From an uncultured archaeon (GTDB taxonomy: Archaea; Thermoplasmatota; Penumbrarchaeia; JASLWR01): a DNA stretch of 64,000 bases. Position numbers and translations under genes: made by a program. Within the stretch, counting starts at the first letter, position 1. Every line of letters begins with the position of its first letter. The stretch lies in contig CAYFHS010000003.1 of NCBI GenBank assembly GCA_964342815.1, positions 1 to 64,000 of the forward strand. The letters run 5' to 3'. The notes beneath the pieces are model-generated. The model was not told the origin of the DNA. It did no database searches and saw nothing but the letters and a program-made list of their open reading frames with translations. Below, piece by piece: positions 36,201-51,200 of this stretch.

Positions 36201-39200
36201 AGTTCAAGTGGTCCACCGCTCTTTTCCTCCATAGCCGCTCGGATCTCTTCAAGAGCTATCCGAGCATTTTCCTCAAGTGAGTTCTGCCACACTTCAGTCA
36301 GGAGACTTCTGGCCTTCTCCGCCAGTTCCATAGATTTCTCGAATTTCTTCCTCTTTAGGAGGGCTCTTGCCTCGAAAGCGAGCTTCCTGCTGTCTCGAAT
36401 ATCCAATTTTTTCTGTGAGGCCTGCCGGACGATCCGGTCCACGTCTGCAAGGACGCTTCCGATCCCGGTCTTAAAGAATTCCTGACGTTTTTGCCCCAGA
36501 CGCTCTTCCACCCTCAGCATCAACTGGATACCTTTTACGTAGTTCTCTTCTTTAAGTGCAACCAGTACCTTCCTGAACAGCGTTTCTTCCTCGGTCAGGT
36601 CCACTTCTCTTTCTTTCAGGTATTTGAAGGATATTTTCAGGCTTGTGATGTGCTGTTTCGCGATATCTTTCGCAGGTGCTTTTCCAGCATCATTTATGAT
36701 CTCCAGGACCTGGTTCCGGAGTTCTCTCGCCGGCTCGAGCTGCCCCTCGCCAATGTTCTCTTTGATACTGTTGACCAGTTCCTCGGCAACCGCCAGAACG
36801 ATACCTATCTCATTGAAGGCCATAAGCTCTTTCGCAAGCCGTTCGACCTCCTTCGGATAGGCATCAATAAGTACGTTGGAGTACTTTTCCTCGGCCGTAA
36901 AGAACTCTTCAAGGAAACTTTCAGCACTCTCGAAGTCGCTGGAGTCCGAGGCAGCCGTTGCCGATGACAACAGGTCCTTAAGCTCGGTTATATCCATATC
37001 CAATCCCGGCATCTCCAGGATCTCCTTCTCCAGAACCGTCACCTTGTCCATAGCCCGGACCAACCTGTCTCCGCCCGCTCTCCTTCGGTAAAGATGTATC
37101 TTGTTAGCCAAGGAGGTTTCAATACCTTTCACCGTGCTCATGGCCTCATAATATTTTCCCAAATCCTTCAGTCGTTCAACTCGGGCAAGGACGGATGTGT
37201 CCTCCCGGATGTCAAGATTCAGTTCACGCGCCGTATCCATGAGGGGAGAAAGTTTTACCATTTCAGCCCGGATATCACTCTTCAATCTAGCATTCAGAGA
37301 CTGTCGTACCGTACCCTGCGTTTCTTTGGCCACCTCTCGGGCCTCCCTGAACCGACCCTGGCCGAAATGCTCTTCCATTTCCCCCAGCGCTTGCCGGGCG
37401 AAGGACACTTCCAGATCCAGTTTCTCAGCTTCTTCCACCATGGCTCGTACGTTTTCTATCTCCGCCGACGCATTATTTCTGGAATACTCATTCTGGGCGG
37501 TAAGAAGGGCAGATTTCGCTTCTCCAGCATACTTTGCCGATCTTTCAAAATTGCCTTTTTCGAGATTTCTTTTTGCATTGGCAACCATGTCCTCCACGGC
37601 AACCATGTCAACCTCCAGTTCCATCTCGTCTATCATGAGTTCCTGTACGACACCGAGGGCGGCGGTGGTGAAATCCCTGTAATGATGCTGCTTGGCCGTT
37701 TGGAACATTTCCTTTGCCTGGCTTGCATGTTCCGCAGCCAACTGGAAATCCCCATTCTCAAAATGATGTTGACCCTCTGCCAGCTTGCTCTCCATCACTG
37801 CAGTGTCAAGACCCAGTTCGCCACCTTCACCCAGAAGCGTTCTGGTCTCTGCTAGCAGTTCGGACACGTCTTCCGTGAAGTGGCGGTCCCTCTGGGCAAT
37901 AAGGCTTTCATGGGCCTTCTTCGTCAGTTGGATGGCGGCTATGAAATCCTGATCCTTTATGGCGCCAACAACGTCCTTTAGCATCTCATCCTCTCGGGAA
38001 GTATCTATCCCATCTGCCTTCATCTCCCCGAAAAGTTTTTTTATTTCCACGATGTGCCGCTTGGCGAGCTCTCGGGCATCCACCGTCTTGGCATGCTTCA
38101 CATAATCTTCCAAATGCGGGATATTTTCCTCTATGGAGGCGATATCGTTTTCTTGAACCCCTTCCATTATTATGGACAGAAGTTCAAGTCCCTTCGATGC
38201 ATCCAGACCCAACTCTCCGAGTTGGATCACACTATCGCTGAGCTCTTCAATCCGGTCCTGGAAATCCTTGACCTTCATCTCTCCCAGATACTGCTCGATC
38301 ACAACATCGAATTGTCTGAGTAAAGCATCGGCAGCATCTAGATTTTTATTTCCCACTGCCTCCTGGCTCGACAGCAGCATCCCCTTCAGGTCACTCAGAT
38401 CCTGACCAAGGGTTTTTTCCAGTTCCTCGAGAGTTGAGATCTTTTCGCTGATCTTGCGGGTTGTAGCCTCTTCCTGCATATTCTCGATCTCTTCGAGTAC
38501 GGACATCTTAAGTTTTATTAGAGTCGAAACAGCCTCAGTATAGTTGCCCGCTTTTTTCAATTCCTCGATGCCAGCTAGCTGGTTCCTTTCGTTGTCGGTG
38601 TCAGCTCCCGTTTCTTGGAACTGTGCCAGAATTCCTGAAAACTCTTCATATTCCGCCTCATAACTTACCTGTAATTTCGTGTTTATCTTTTCGGTCAGTT
38701 CCGATCTGGAAGCAATGGCGAGCGCATAGCTCACCTCCAGCTCGCCCTCCTTCAGTGATTCCTGCGCCATGGCGATCTTTTCCTCGATGGGACCAAGGTC
38801 CAGGCCCATCTCCGAACTTTCACCCATCATATTCCAAACAGCAGATATTAGAGCGGAAGTATCCCTCTTCAGATATTTTTCTTCGGCTTCGGAAAGTAAT
38901 TTAGCAGCCTCTTCGGCATCGTTAAAGGCTTCTTCAAAAGAACCTTCTTCGAAGCTTGTCTGGGCATTTATCAATATTTCTTCTGCTGAACTGAGTTCCA
39001 GACCGAGCTCTCCGCACCTGGTGTGAACAATCTTCGCTGTCTCGATAGCTTTTGCGGCTCGTTCTCTCAACGAATCCCCACGGCTTCGTGAAATTTCTCC
39101 TGCAACTTCCTCTATCAGGACATAAGCTTCTCTTATCATTGAATCGTTAAAGAGTGAAGTGGCATTCGCGAACTTCTCTTCCACAACCGCAGTTGGGACT

Positions 39201-42200
39201 CCCAGAGATTTCAGATCAAACAGCATTCTCTCCGCAAGCTCCGCAGTTGCCAGGTATTTCTCGCGGAAATGTTCGTCAAATACTGCATCAAGATTCACTT
39301 TTGCCTCTTTTGCCAGGTTTGAAGCCTCTTCCAGTTTCCCCTCACTAAGCTCCGCGTGTGCGTTCCCGACAATGTCCTCCACCGCCGCGACATCCAGACC
39401 CAATTCCTTTGCCTCTGCAAGGCGGTTTGCTGTGTCCTCCAGCAGAAGGTCGGCGTTGCTCTCCAAGTGCTTCTTTCTGGAATCGGACAATCTCTTCTTG
39501 ACCTGTACGGCAGCGTGGCAGGCGGACACGAAATCCCTTGCTTTCACGGCGCCCAGTACTTCGCTGAAAATCTCACCGTTGGACTCCATCTCCACTCCCA
39601 GTCCTTTGACCTCAACGAGAAGGGTTTTGGCTTCTCCGAGATGTACCTTTGCTATTTCCTTGGCCTGGACATTTGCCGCGGATTCCTTGAAGTCGCCAAG
39701 TCGCGATATGATATCCTCCATAATGCCAAAGCGGTTTTCCGAGATGCTCGACCTTGCCTCGGAGATCATGCCAATCCCCGGGGAAATATCAAGACCCACT
39801 TCCCGGTAGCTTTCGAAGATCTCCTGAAATCCGTCCAGTTCATCCTGATATTTGCGTGCCAGCAGTATGTTGCTTTGATCCTCTCTCATATGGGAGAAAG
39901 AATCGAGATGCTCCTCGAGAGCCGCATGATCCTCGGCCGTTATCGCCTCTCTCGCCTTAATGAGATGGGCCCCAAGAGCCTCGGATTCATCCCCCGTCAT
40001 CTCCTGGAACTGTTTGAAAGCCAATTCCGCTTCTGATAGCTTTTGAGCATTCTTGAGTCCCATACCTTCCTTATGTTTGTTTGAAAGTGATATACCGACC
40101 GCTCCCACCAGCTCTACCGCCTCTCCATACCGCCCCTCTTCTCTGAGAACTGACACGGGTCCCAATCGTTCCAGTTCATCTCGGACCTCCATCCCGAATT
40201 CCATTGATCTTTGTACTATTTGGTTTACTTCATCTGTCTTCTCTGCAAGGATGTCTTCCCATCTCAGACGTATTCTCTCTCGTACAAGAGCGACTGCTCT
40301 ACCTACAATATCATGAGACTCCCCGTAATTCTCCTCCACAAGAAGATTGCGGCCGGTCTCCATCATACTGAGCACGTCGTCCAGATCGATCCCGCCCATT
40401 TCTTCGGCCTCGTGAATTAGTTTGTCCAATTCCGCGAGAGTACTGTGCGCTCGCTCTTCATAGTATGCATCGAGAGCAGCGGATACCACCTTTCGGCTTT
40501 CGAGGAGAAGCTCACAACCTGTCAGGAAGTCACTGTTCTTGATGGAAATAACTGCCTGACGGAAGGTCCCCTCCACATCTCCCGCTTCCACCCCCGATTC
40601 CTTCATATCGGTCATCAATTTCTTTGTCTCGGCAAAAAGTGTTCGAGCCATCTCTTTCGCACCCTCGCCCCTCGCCTCATCCAGCAGTTTTTCCACCACT
40701 GCCAAACCTTCGCCGGTTCGCCCCAGGTTCTCCGAAGAGATGTCATTTCTTATTCCGGCGATGAATTCTGCAGCCTCGGTCAGCTCGATACCAACTGAAG
40801 CCAGCCGTGTCATATCTTCCTCAAGCACTATGAGCCTGCTGCTGTATGAGTCGCTCATGTACTCCCTCTTGGAGGATTCCAGGTCGGCATGGAACGATTC
40901 AAGTATGGAGTTTACTGCGGTGTGATCGCTTTCTAGAAGTGCTTTTGATGCTGTTTCCAGGTGTCCATGAAGTTCTTCGTAAACCTTCCCGGTCATTTCT
41001 TCCAGGTCAGCCAGTGACCGGGCCGAAACATCGATCTTTTCGAGGTTGTCTGTGCGGTTCATGTCTTCGGTCTTTTCCAGCAGGGAACGCTTTACTTCAC
41101 CAATGATTCCAAGGGCCTCCTGGAATTTCCACCCGTCCTTAAGGGCTTCGATCTCGGATATTCTGGAGGACTCTTCATCAATATCTATGGACATGGCCCG
41201 TACCTCTTCCAACACCGGCTCCAGTAAAGTGAGTTCGGACACCACGGTCTCCCACCGTTTCTTTCCTATCCTTACCCCCAGCTCGTCAATTATGAGCATG
41301 GAGTTTTCTAGGGCTGCATCGAACAGGCCCTCGTCATATGCGGCTCTTGCCTCCGATTCGGATGGTTGAAGATCGGAAACGTCGATTTCCAGTTCAATGG
41401 CTTCGGACATGCTTGCATGGAGATCTTTGATAGCCCGAGATGACTGTTCGGTGTGATATTTCGTCTCTGCCGCATTTAGTTTTGATTTTATATTGATAAG
41501 AATACGGCAGGCATCGGTGAATCTCTCCTCAACCACGTGGGTCCGCACCTCGCGGAAAAGAGCTTTCTCCTCCTGGAGATCGACTCCATGATCGCCCAGG
41601 TATGAGAATAATTTCATAGCCTCCCCTGCGTGTTTCTTGGCGAGTTTTCTTGCAGTAACGGTCCTTCCCTCGTGAACGATGCTTTCAAGTTTCCCAAGAA
41701 TTGTTTCCGCAGCTTCAAATCTCTGGAAGTTCAGTTCCGAGCCAACATTTGCGAGGAGTTCTTCGGTTGCGGTAACATCGATGCCTGCATCACCAAGTGC
41801 GGTGACTTCGCCCGTAAGCATATCAAGGCGTTGGTAATAGGCGGAAAGAGCAGCTTTTCTTTTGCTCTCCTTTAATAACTCTTCGAATTCGTCTATTTTG
41901 CTGTCAACCGCTACGTGATCTCCCACCTCAATTGCCTCGCGGGCGGCATTGAGGGCAGCCTCCATACCAGGATGCTCCTCACTCGTCTCGCTGGTGTGTT
42001 CATCCAATTTCGCCATTGCGTCGGATAGTCTTCGAGAATTAATCTCACTCCTGCTAAGGTCTATTTTCTCCGTGATAGATTCCCTGATCTCCCGGCCCAA
42101 AGTTATTATCTCATTGTAAGCGCCGTCGTTCCTCAGCTGGTTCATACGTGCAAACCGACCCTCATGTTCGCCAACGTCCACTGAGTACTTCCCGGCCTCC

Positions 42201-45200
42201 CTCATCAAGCTCTCGATTGCGGCGATCTCGGAATCAGCTCCCTCCAGTTCTTTCCCCCCAATCATTTCAACAAGGGTTTCCCTGGCCTGATCGATGAGTT
42301 CCTGTGCGCTCTCGTACTCCCCGTCCTCGAAATGGATATTGGCGTATTCCAGCATTGTTTCGATAGAAACAGTATCAAGGCCAAGCTCCACAGATTTTTC
42401 CATCAGCTTTCTTGCGGTTTCAAATGAGGTAGTGGTTATCTCCTCTATACGCGTTTTCTTTGTAGACAGGAAAAGGTCGTTGGTCTCACGGGCCATGCGT
42501 TCGGCCTCCTCCAGATTTCCTTCATTCACCAGGCCGTAGGCATCGGCTATTTCAACCGCCATGGAAGCGGTGTCGATACCCAGCTCAGCACCTTCCTTCA
42601 GGGCTTCCTCCACACCCTCGATCATAACAAATACACTTTTCTTGCGGTATTCTTCTTTTAGATATTCCGCCCTTTCCACCGTGGTCCGGGCTGTTTCTTC
42701 CGATTTGGGATAGTCTTTCCACTCGTAGAATACCCTCGCTTCACCCAGGGACTTCTCCACAGCTGCTGTTTCTACGTCCAATTTCCGGATCTCTTCAAGT
42801 GAATTTTCCGCAGCCGCCAGTGCTTCCTCGGCCCTTGATCTTTGATATTCCGTTTCCTTTTTCCTCAGCATCTCGGTGGCTCCGTCGGCCATCTTGCAGG
42901 CTTTTACGAAGTCACCCTCCTTGATTTTGGAAAGAACTTCCCCAAAGTGCTTCTTTTCTTCATCCAGTTCGAGATCCAGTTCCGTCAGTTTATCGAAGAG
43001 GCCCTTTGCCGTTGCGATCCTATCTCTCGCGGCATCCTTTGCAGTCACTTTCCGAGCATGCTCGATACCCTGATCTATAAGCACCAGAGTCTCCTCCAGG
43101 ACCTCGAAATCATGACTGGAGATGAGTTGCGATGCCTGCGATACCAGATCGAATATATCGGTCAGTTCGATACCTATCTCAGTTATCGCTGCAATTTCGG
43201 GTTCCCTTGAACGTAGATCAACGCGATAATTATCTGCCCTGCGGTCCCCTTCATATCCCGCCAAGGCCTCGTCAAACATTCCAAGGTGCTCTTTGGCTCC
43301 CTCGTAGTCGTTATCTTCAAGCGACATTGTGGCGTTCTCGATGAAACCTTCAAGATCAGGATAATCCTTTTCGGTAATCTCCATAAAGGCGCCGAGGTTT
43401 TCCTTGGCAGTTATCACAGCCTGCTCTGTCAATTCCCTTGTGCGGCCACGCATGGCTTCGTCCAGAGCAGGCCTTTCATTCCGGAGGAGATCGATGGCTT
43501 TGCGAAGATCCCCCGCTTGCTGACACTCTCCAGCCATGGCCAGGGCGTCTGTTACATTATCCAGAACCAGATCCAATTTACGGGCTGCTTCCAATCCGGA
43601 CTCCATTTGAGCTCTTTCATCATCCAAAATTTCTTTCAGTCTGACATTCAGCATCTCCCGAAGTGCTGCGGCTGTGGCCCGTGAAAGCGTAAATGCCTGA
43701 GGATATAATTTCTCTTCCAGAAATTCCCGGGCCTCCTTGCTGCTTTCAAGAATTTCGTCAAGGGATAGATCCACCTCTCTCGCCTCGATGATGAAATAGT
43801 CCACTTTTTCAAGTTCCGACTCGGTTGCTTCAACATAGTAATTTTTCCGTTTTTCAACAAGCAGTTTTTCCGATCGTTGGGTCAATCCAGCGCCCTTTAC
43901 AAACTCACCCGCTTTGATGTCGGTTATGGCTTCTCTGAACAGCCGGTTCTCTTCTTCCAGGTCCACACCTGTCTCCTTCAGCTCTGCAATCAGCTCTTTT
44001 GCCCGGATGAAATGTTTCTTCGCAAGTTTCTTGGCTTCCACTGAACTTGCTCGATCAATAACGGTTTCTATATCCGACAGTTTGGTCTCGATCCCTTTAA
44101 ACACGAAAGTTTCTGCATTCTCTTTTGCTATCCTTAGTAAATCATGGACATTTTCAAGAGAAAGACCAATGTTCTCGAGCTCACCGACCTCTTTCTCCAT
44201 TTCCTCCAATCTGGCGGCATATCCTTCGGCCATGTGGCGGTTATTGTGTCCTTCCTTCGCCTCCAAGAACTCATCTATGAACCCCTCCATCGCCTCGTAA
44301 TCCTCCCTGTTAAGAGCGGCCCCGGCCGAATCCAGAAGAGAATCCAGGTCCTGGTAGGCTCCACCGGTTTCCTCCTTGAACGATTCTAGTGAATCCATGA
44401 TCTCCCGAAGTTTTTCAGTGTTCAGCTCCCGCCGCCGGTCTCCAACGCTATTTGCAACAGAATCATAGCACTCTTTCAGTACGATGAGAATCTCCGGATA
44501 CCGTTTTTCCGTTCTCAGGTCCATTGTGGCGGAGAGTCGTTCCCTCTCAGCCTTCATATCGACACCAAGGCCAACTCCTTCTTCCATGACCCTTGCAAGC
44601 TCCCCGGTCCGCTCTTCTATGACCGTAAGATATCGTTTCTCCATGGTGCTTTCGAGCGTCGAAATGGTGTCCCCCGCCAGTTCTTCAGCCTCGTCGAATT
44701 TCTCGCTGTCGAAGCTGCTTTTCAGCTGGGCAAGGTTTCTTTCAGGGACGCTTACGTCCATATCCAGTTCTCCAGCCTCGGAGATCAGATTCTGAAGCCG
44801 GTCCATGGAGCCCGTCAACATCTCTTGCTGGAATTCCTTTCGTTTTTCATCATACTCCTGCTTTGCCTGGCCCACCATCAGGAGTGCGTTGTCGAAATCC
44901 TCTTCCTCGAAATGCTCCATTGCCTTTGAATGTATCTTTTCTATTGAAATCACGTCGGTGATACGCTTTCCTGCATCTCCCAGCATTCCCTCCAGGCTCT
45001 GGATGGCCGCCACGGCTTTATTTCTAGAATGATCCTTTTTCACTCCGTCAAGTTTCTCCCGCACCGAACGGGTCAACTGTATACTTTTCAGGAAATCGCG
45101 GGTCTTGATGGCACCAAGTATCTCCCGAAAAACAGCTTCTTCGCTGGTAAGATCGATTCCGAGCCTCTTCAATTTGGTCAGCAGTTTGTTCGTTTCCGTG

Positions 45201-48200
45201 AAGTTGGATTTTGCTATCTGTTTCGCTTTCACAGACTTGGCTTCATCTATGATCCCGTCCAGTTCGTCCATGACCGCCTTGGCATCCTCGAATCTCTCCT
45301 CGTTGATGGCTACTCTTGCGGTCCCGGAAAGCTCGTCGGTATCGGCTAGTTCGATACCCACGTCCCTTATCGCACCCAGCTCTTCTTCTATTCCTCCAAT
45401 TCTCTCGTTATGTACTTTCATGAGATGTGAGATATAGAGCATTTCTCTTGCTTTATCGAATTCCATTAACGAAGGAACCAGGTCAGTGTAGTTCTTTTCA
45501 ACCAGCATTTCTTTGGCTTCGTCAAGCTGGGAATGCAGGTCAGGATAGTTTACCCCAGTTTCAAATTCCAATTCCTCCAGCGCTTCCTTTGCTCCCTCGA
45601 ATCTTTCCTCATTCATTTCAAAGGTTCTCTCTTCGATCTTAACTATGGCTGATGATATTGCATTTTCCAGCAGTGAGATAATTTCTCGGTATCGTTCTTT
45701 CTCCCTCAGCCGGTCCGCTTCCGCAAGACTTACCTTCTCCGCCTCAATATTGGCATCGATCTTCAGTGCTTCCGCGGCAATGCTCTCGAACTTATCCGCT
45801 TTCCCTTCGATAATAACCAGAAGCTCGGTGTTGATGGCGGCCTGAAGCCCTAAACTGCATTCCAAAGCCAAGCCGTGAGCTTCCTCGAATTCCCCATCCT
45901 CGTAACTCTCTCTCACCCTCTCATCCAGCTCGGTAAATGCCGTCACGTTTAGCTCCAGTTCGGCTGCTTCGCCCATGAATTTTTTAATATTGTTCACTGT
46001 CTCTTCGGTACTCCCTCTGTAATACTCTTTGCGGGCTTCAGCCATGGACTCCCCAGCTTCAAGGAACAGCTGACATGCTGAAACGAAATCCCTGCCCTTT
46101 ATTGAAGCGATAGCCTTCTTGAACAATATATCGAACTCCTCCACCACAAGGTCCAATTCCTTCAATTCCCCGAGAACTGACTTTGTTGAGAGGAAATGTT
46201 TTTTCGCCAGGTTTTTGGCACCTACGTTTCTTACCTCCAATAGACCTTCCCGGATACTAGCTATATCATCGATGACCATTTCGAATTCGTATGATTCCAT
46301 ATGTTCTCGGGTCGTACCTACCAATTCCTCCACGGAACTTAGATCCAATCCCAGCTCAGCCAGGGGCGGCACCTCGCCCTCCAGTTCTTCGATCTCACCC
46401 TTATATTTTGTGAAGAGGTATTTTCGATTTTCATCCTCCTTGGTGGTCCGGAACCGTTCAAGTAATTCTTCGAAGACGGTATAGTCCTTTTCTTCCAATG
46501 CTTTCCCCGCGGAGGCTGCCAATTCATCGAGATCAGGATACTCGCCGCCAGTCTCTTCTGAGAAATTTTCCAGAGATTCCATGGTCTCCTCCAGTTTTCC
46601 CGCATTGACCTCTGCAATCTTCAATTCGTACTTTTGCTTGGTGGCACTCCGCAGTTGCCCAACTCTGATAATACAATCCCTGTAACTGCCTTCCGCCCTC
46701 ATATTCTCCACGGAGGTCAATCCATCTTCTTCCTCCCGTATGTCCGTCTCAATTCCACGGGCACTATCCATTTCTTCCTCAAGCCCTGTGATCTCGTCAT
46801 TAAGACGTGTGATCTGTTCCCCGTCGATTTCTCTCCGGAGTTCTCGCATTGAGTTCTCGCTCAGCTCTTGAGCCTCCTGAAACTCTTTCTGATCGTATAA
46901 TGAACGTATATTTCTAAGATCGTCCTTTACAGCGGAAATATCCACCTCGAACTCGGAGGCTTCTCCGATCATTGTTTTCAGTTTTTTGAGTACTGCGTCG
47001 GTGTTCTCCTTGAAATGCGCTTGCCGCAGCAGATGATAATCCTTTCGTCCCTGTTCCGCCATGTCTATTGCCCGCTCGTAATGTCCTTCGTCAAAAAGGG
47101 AGGCGGTAAGGCCACGGGTTTCCTGTATCTTTCCAGTGTCCAGTCCCAGTTCGTTCCCTTCTACCAACACCTCATCGAGCTGGGCAAGGCTCCTCTGCCC
47201 TTTCTCCATGAAATGATCCCTTCGCTGGGCAGAGTATTTCTCCTCGGCCTCCCGCGTAAGTTCCATCACCCTTTCATGATCTCCCTCCTGGAAGTATGAT
47301 TCGGCATCGGCGATCAAGGTCTCAACGTCTTGCATATCCAGTTCAAGTTCATACCCCTCTTTTGTTTTATCCCGGACCTTCTCAAGAGCATCCTCGGCCC
47401 TCTTTTTCCAGTACGCCGTCCTCCTTTCCTTGAAATCCGAACGAGCGGCATCCACTGATTGAATTGATTTCTCATAATCGGCCTCGTCGTATTCATCCTC
47501 GGCCCTTTCAAGACATTCATGGATGAACTCCAGGTCCAGGTCCACCCCTTCTATCACCATGTCCTTTGACCACTCCAGCTCCTCCTCCGCCCTCTCCTTG
47601 TAATATTGCTCCCGGGCATTCTCGGCCATCTCCACAGCCTGCCTCGTCAGGCGGCAGGCGGTAACGAAGTCCTTGGATTTGATGGCTGCAATAGCACGCT
47701 GGAAGGCTTTGTTCTCTTCTTCCAACTTAAGCTCTTTCCCCTTCAGTTCCGTTAGAAGTTTCTTTGTTTTAATAAAATGATTTTTGGCAAGTTCTTTCGC
47801 CTGCTCCGTTTTAGCGTTCTCTATTTGCTCTTCGATCTTTTCGAGGGTTGCCTCGGTTTCCGTAAAATCGAAATTATCAACGTTCTCTTTCACTGTTTCA
47901 AGGAGTTCAATTGCGGGCGTAAGGGTCAGCCCCAATTCTTTAAGTTCTTCCGACTCGCGAAGGAGCTCTTTAGCCTTCTTATCGTATCTATCCGCCAGAT
48001 ATTGCTGGTAATGATCAGCCTTGGCTTTACGGAATTCCTGGATAATGGAATCCTGGCTGCTGTAATCCACCTCGTTGAAAGCATTTTCCGCCGATTCGAG
48101 GAATTCCCACAGATCGTCGTAATTCATATCGGTCTCTTCCTCAAGAGCTTCAAGTTCCTCCCGGACCTTTCCCACTTTTTCGGAATTGATCTCTTTCATT

Positions 48201-51200
48201 TTTGCAGCAATTTTTTCCTCGATGGATTTCATGCTGTGGTCCAATAAATCGATAATGTCGTTGTATTTCTTTTGCTGCTTCAGTTCTTCCACATTCTGAA
48301 GTCCCTGGCGCTCGGGCACGACATCCACATCCAAACCAAGGGCTTCGTCCATTATTTTTGCCAAAACCTCGGCTTTCTTTCCTATGTTCTCCAGTAATTT
48401 TTCCTCAATTGAAGCTGCAAGATCTGAGTTGGCGCCCTCTGATTTTTCCAGCATATCCTCATAACTCTCCTCGTCATAATCCCGCTTCATTTCGCTCAGG
48501 ATATCCTGGAACTCATCCACATCTATCCACAGCTCGCCGGCCTGGGTCAACATCGATTTCATCAATTCCATGGATTTTGAAGCCTTTTCCCGGAAATATT
48601 CACACCTATCTTTCGCGTAGCTTGATCGTGCCTCTTCGATCAGCTTGAAAGCTTCCTCGTAATCCTCTTCTTCGTAACACTTCATGGCCTCTTCATGAAG
48701 TTCTTCCACCCTGGTCACGTCGATTTCCAATTCACGGCCTTCGTCCATGGAAGCCTCAACGTTCCCAATGATCTGTGAGGATTTTTCCCGGTAATGATCG
48801 CGTTTGGCATTCAATAAACCCGCTCTTGCTTCCAGAGTAAGTCGAATACCAGTCACATAATCTCGGTTTCTTACCGCCACCAGTACTTCCTTGAAGATCT
48901 TGTTCTCTCTTTTCACGTCCACTGCCAGTTTTTTCATTTCAGTGAAAAGTTTGTTTGTGACACCTATGACCTCTTTGGCCCGCATCTTTGCCTTTACGTC
49001 CCTTGCTTCTGTGATCTCATGTTCCAGTTCGGTCAATCCTTCCGTTACAGCGTTGAAATCACGGTCCTCTATGCTTTCCCGAACTTCACTTGATATCCCT
49101 GCGGTCTTCATGTCCACCCCGAGTTTTGAAAGGTCTTCCGCAACAGCATCCAGCTCATCGATCTTTGCTGTATATTTCCCCACCAGATAAACGGCATTGT
49201 GTTCAGTCCTTGCATCCGCGAACTCCGCCAGAATAGCATCCAGTTCGTCGTATTCAATGCCTTCAAGCGCTTTTCGGGCTTCATCCAGCATCCCCCGCAG
49301 ATCCCCATAGTCATTCCCGGTTTCTTCTTTCAGCTCATCAAGTTCGGCCGCAGCATCATCCAGCTTATCGGAATTTATTTCAGCGAGGCGCGCAGCAATC
49401 TGTTGTTCCGCCAGAACCCTGATGTCCACGATCTGCTCCAGAGCCTTTCGATATTCTCTTTCGTCCCTTAATTCATCAACTGCCGACAGCCTTGCGATTC
49501 CTTCGGTCATGTCCGCCCCCAGTCCCTTACCTTTGTTTATAAGGGAGCTCAGAGCATCTTTACCCTGCGATATAAGCTCCAGGTATCTGTTTGTTATCTT
49601 ATCCGTGAGATCCACCATAATTTTCTCAGCCATTTTCCACGATTTAAGGTATTTTCCCTGGTCGAAGAATTCGTTAGCCTCGTTAATTTCCTCTTCCAGC
49701 TCGGAAAAATCGATAGCGAGACCGGCTTCCACCTCCATTAGATTCTCCACCTCATCCATGGTCCTGGTTGCATTCTCTTTCTCGTAGGCTTTCCTACCTT
49801 CCTCGGCCTTTTCCTTTGCCGCATTCATGGAGTTGTTGGCGTTTTCCAGCTCGCCCTTTTCGGTGAAGTACTTCGATTTGTAGAACAATCCCTCGGCCTT
49901 CGATGTATCTATATCCAGTTTCTCGTTTTCAGAGATGTATTCCCAGAGCCGGTCGAGAGCCGCTTCCAGTTCTTCCCGGTGTGACTTCTCCCTGCTGAGC
50001 TCCATGGAACTCATCAGGTCTTCAGAAAGCGATTGGGCCTCATCGAATTTTCTTCCGTCAATCAGCTCCTGGATCTCGGAAATACGGGTTTCCACCATAT
50101 CCTTGTCTCTCAGGGTTTCACGATAGATCTCGAAGGTCTCGCCGGCTTTCTCAAACGAGGTAACTGCCTTTTTCTCATTCAATTCCTCGATCTTTTCCAA
50201 AAGGTAGCTCCGGGTGTCCTCCAGAAGTGCGAAGAGCTCCTGGTACTTCCCTTCGCCGAGCAGCTCACCCGCCTCATTCATGTCCTTTTCATCATCCTCA
50301 ACATCTATATCCAGCCCCCTAGCCTCTTCTAACAGTTTTTCCAGCTCGGTCATCTTTGAGCGGGCATCCTTTGTCTTTTCAATGTCCAGTTTTGTGTTAT
50401 TTTCCAGTTCTTTGAATTCATCGATCAGTTTAAGAAATTCATCGGTTTTCCTCGCTTCCAGTGCCTCTTCGGCGTCCTCAAGCACCCTTCCCATATCCTT
50501 TGCGTACAGATCTGGAAAATCATCTAATTGACGGAGGCTTTCGATAAATTCCCTGGCCTTTTTAATTGTTAAAGAATGTTCCTCGCTCTGGCGCTCCAGC
50601 CGTAATTTTTCACAAAGATCACGTACCTCTGATGAGATGCTTGTGCCCTTTATGAAGTCACCCTGCCTCATTGCCCTCCTTGCCTGTCTAAGAAGCTGCC
50701 TGCTATCTGTTACATCAATATTCAGTACCAGGGTTTCTTCGACAATCTCCTCTGCCTGACCGAAATTTTCCCATGCCAGATCTCGAATCTTCACCCGTCG
50801 TATGTCTTTCATGATATCACTAAGGCGTGCCAAACCTTCCTTCGCATCGTCCAAACGCTTTTCTGTTAACGCCTCATCCACTTCCTCCAAAATCTTCCTT
50901 GGAACCGAAACGTCCAGCCCCACTCCTTCGAACTCATCCAACTGGCTCTCAAACTCGTTTATCTCGCTAGAATACTTTTTCTGAGATAGACTCCTAACAA
51001 ATCTCTCTTTGCTGGTGTGAAAATCTTCCAGTATCTTTGTAAAACCCTTTCTATTTCCTTTGGCTAATGCTTTATCCGCTTTCTCCATGAGCGTGTTTAA
51101 GTCATCCGACTCGAGCCCCGCGGTCTTCTCAAGATTCTCCAATCCTTCACGAGCGTTATCTAGAGCCCTTTGATCATTCTTTTTCTCGATGGAGGAAATT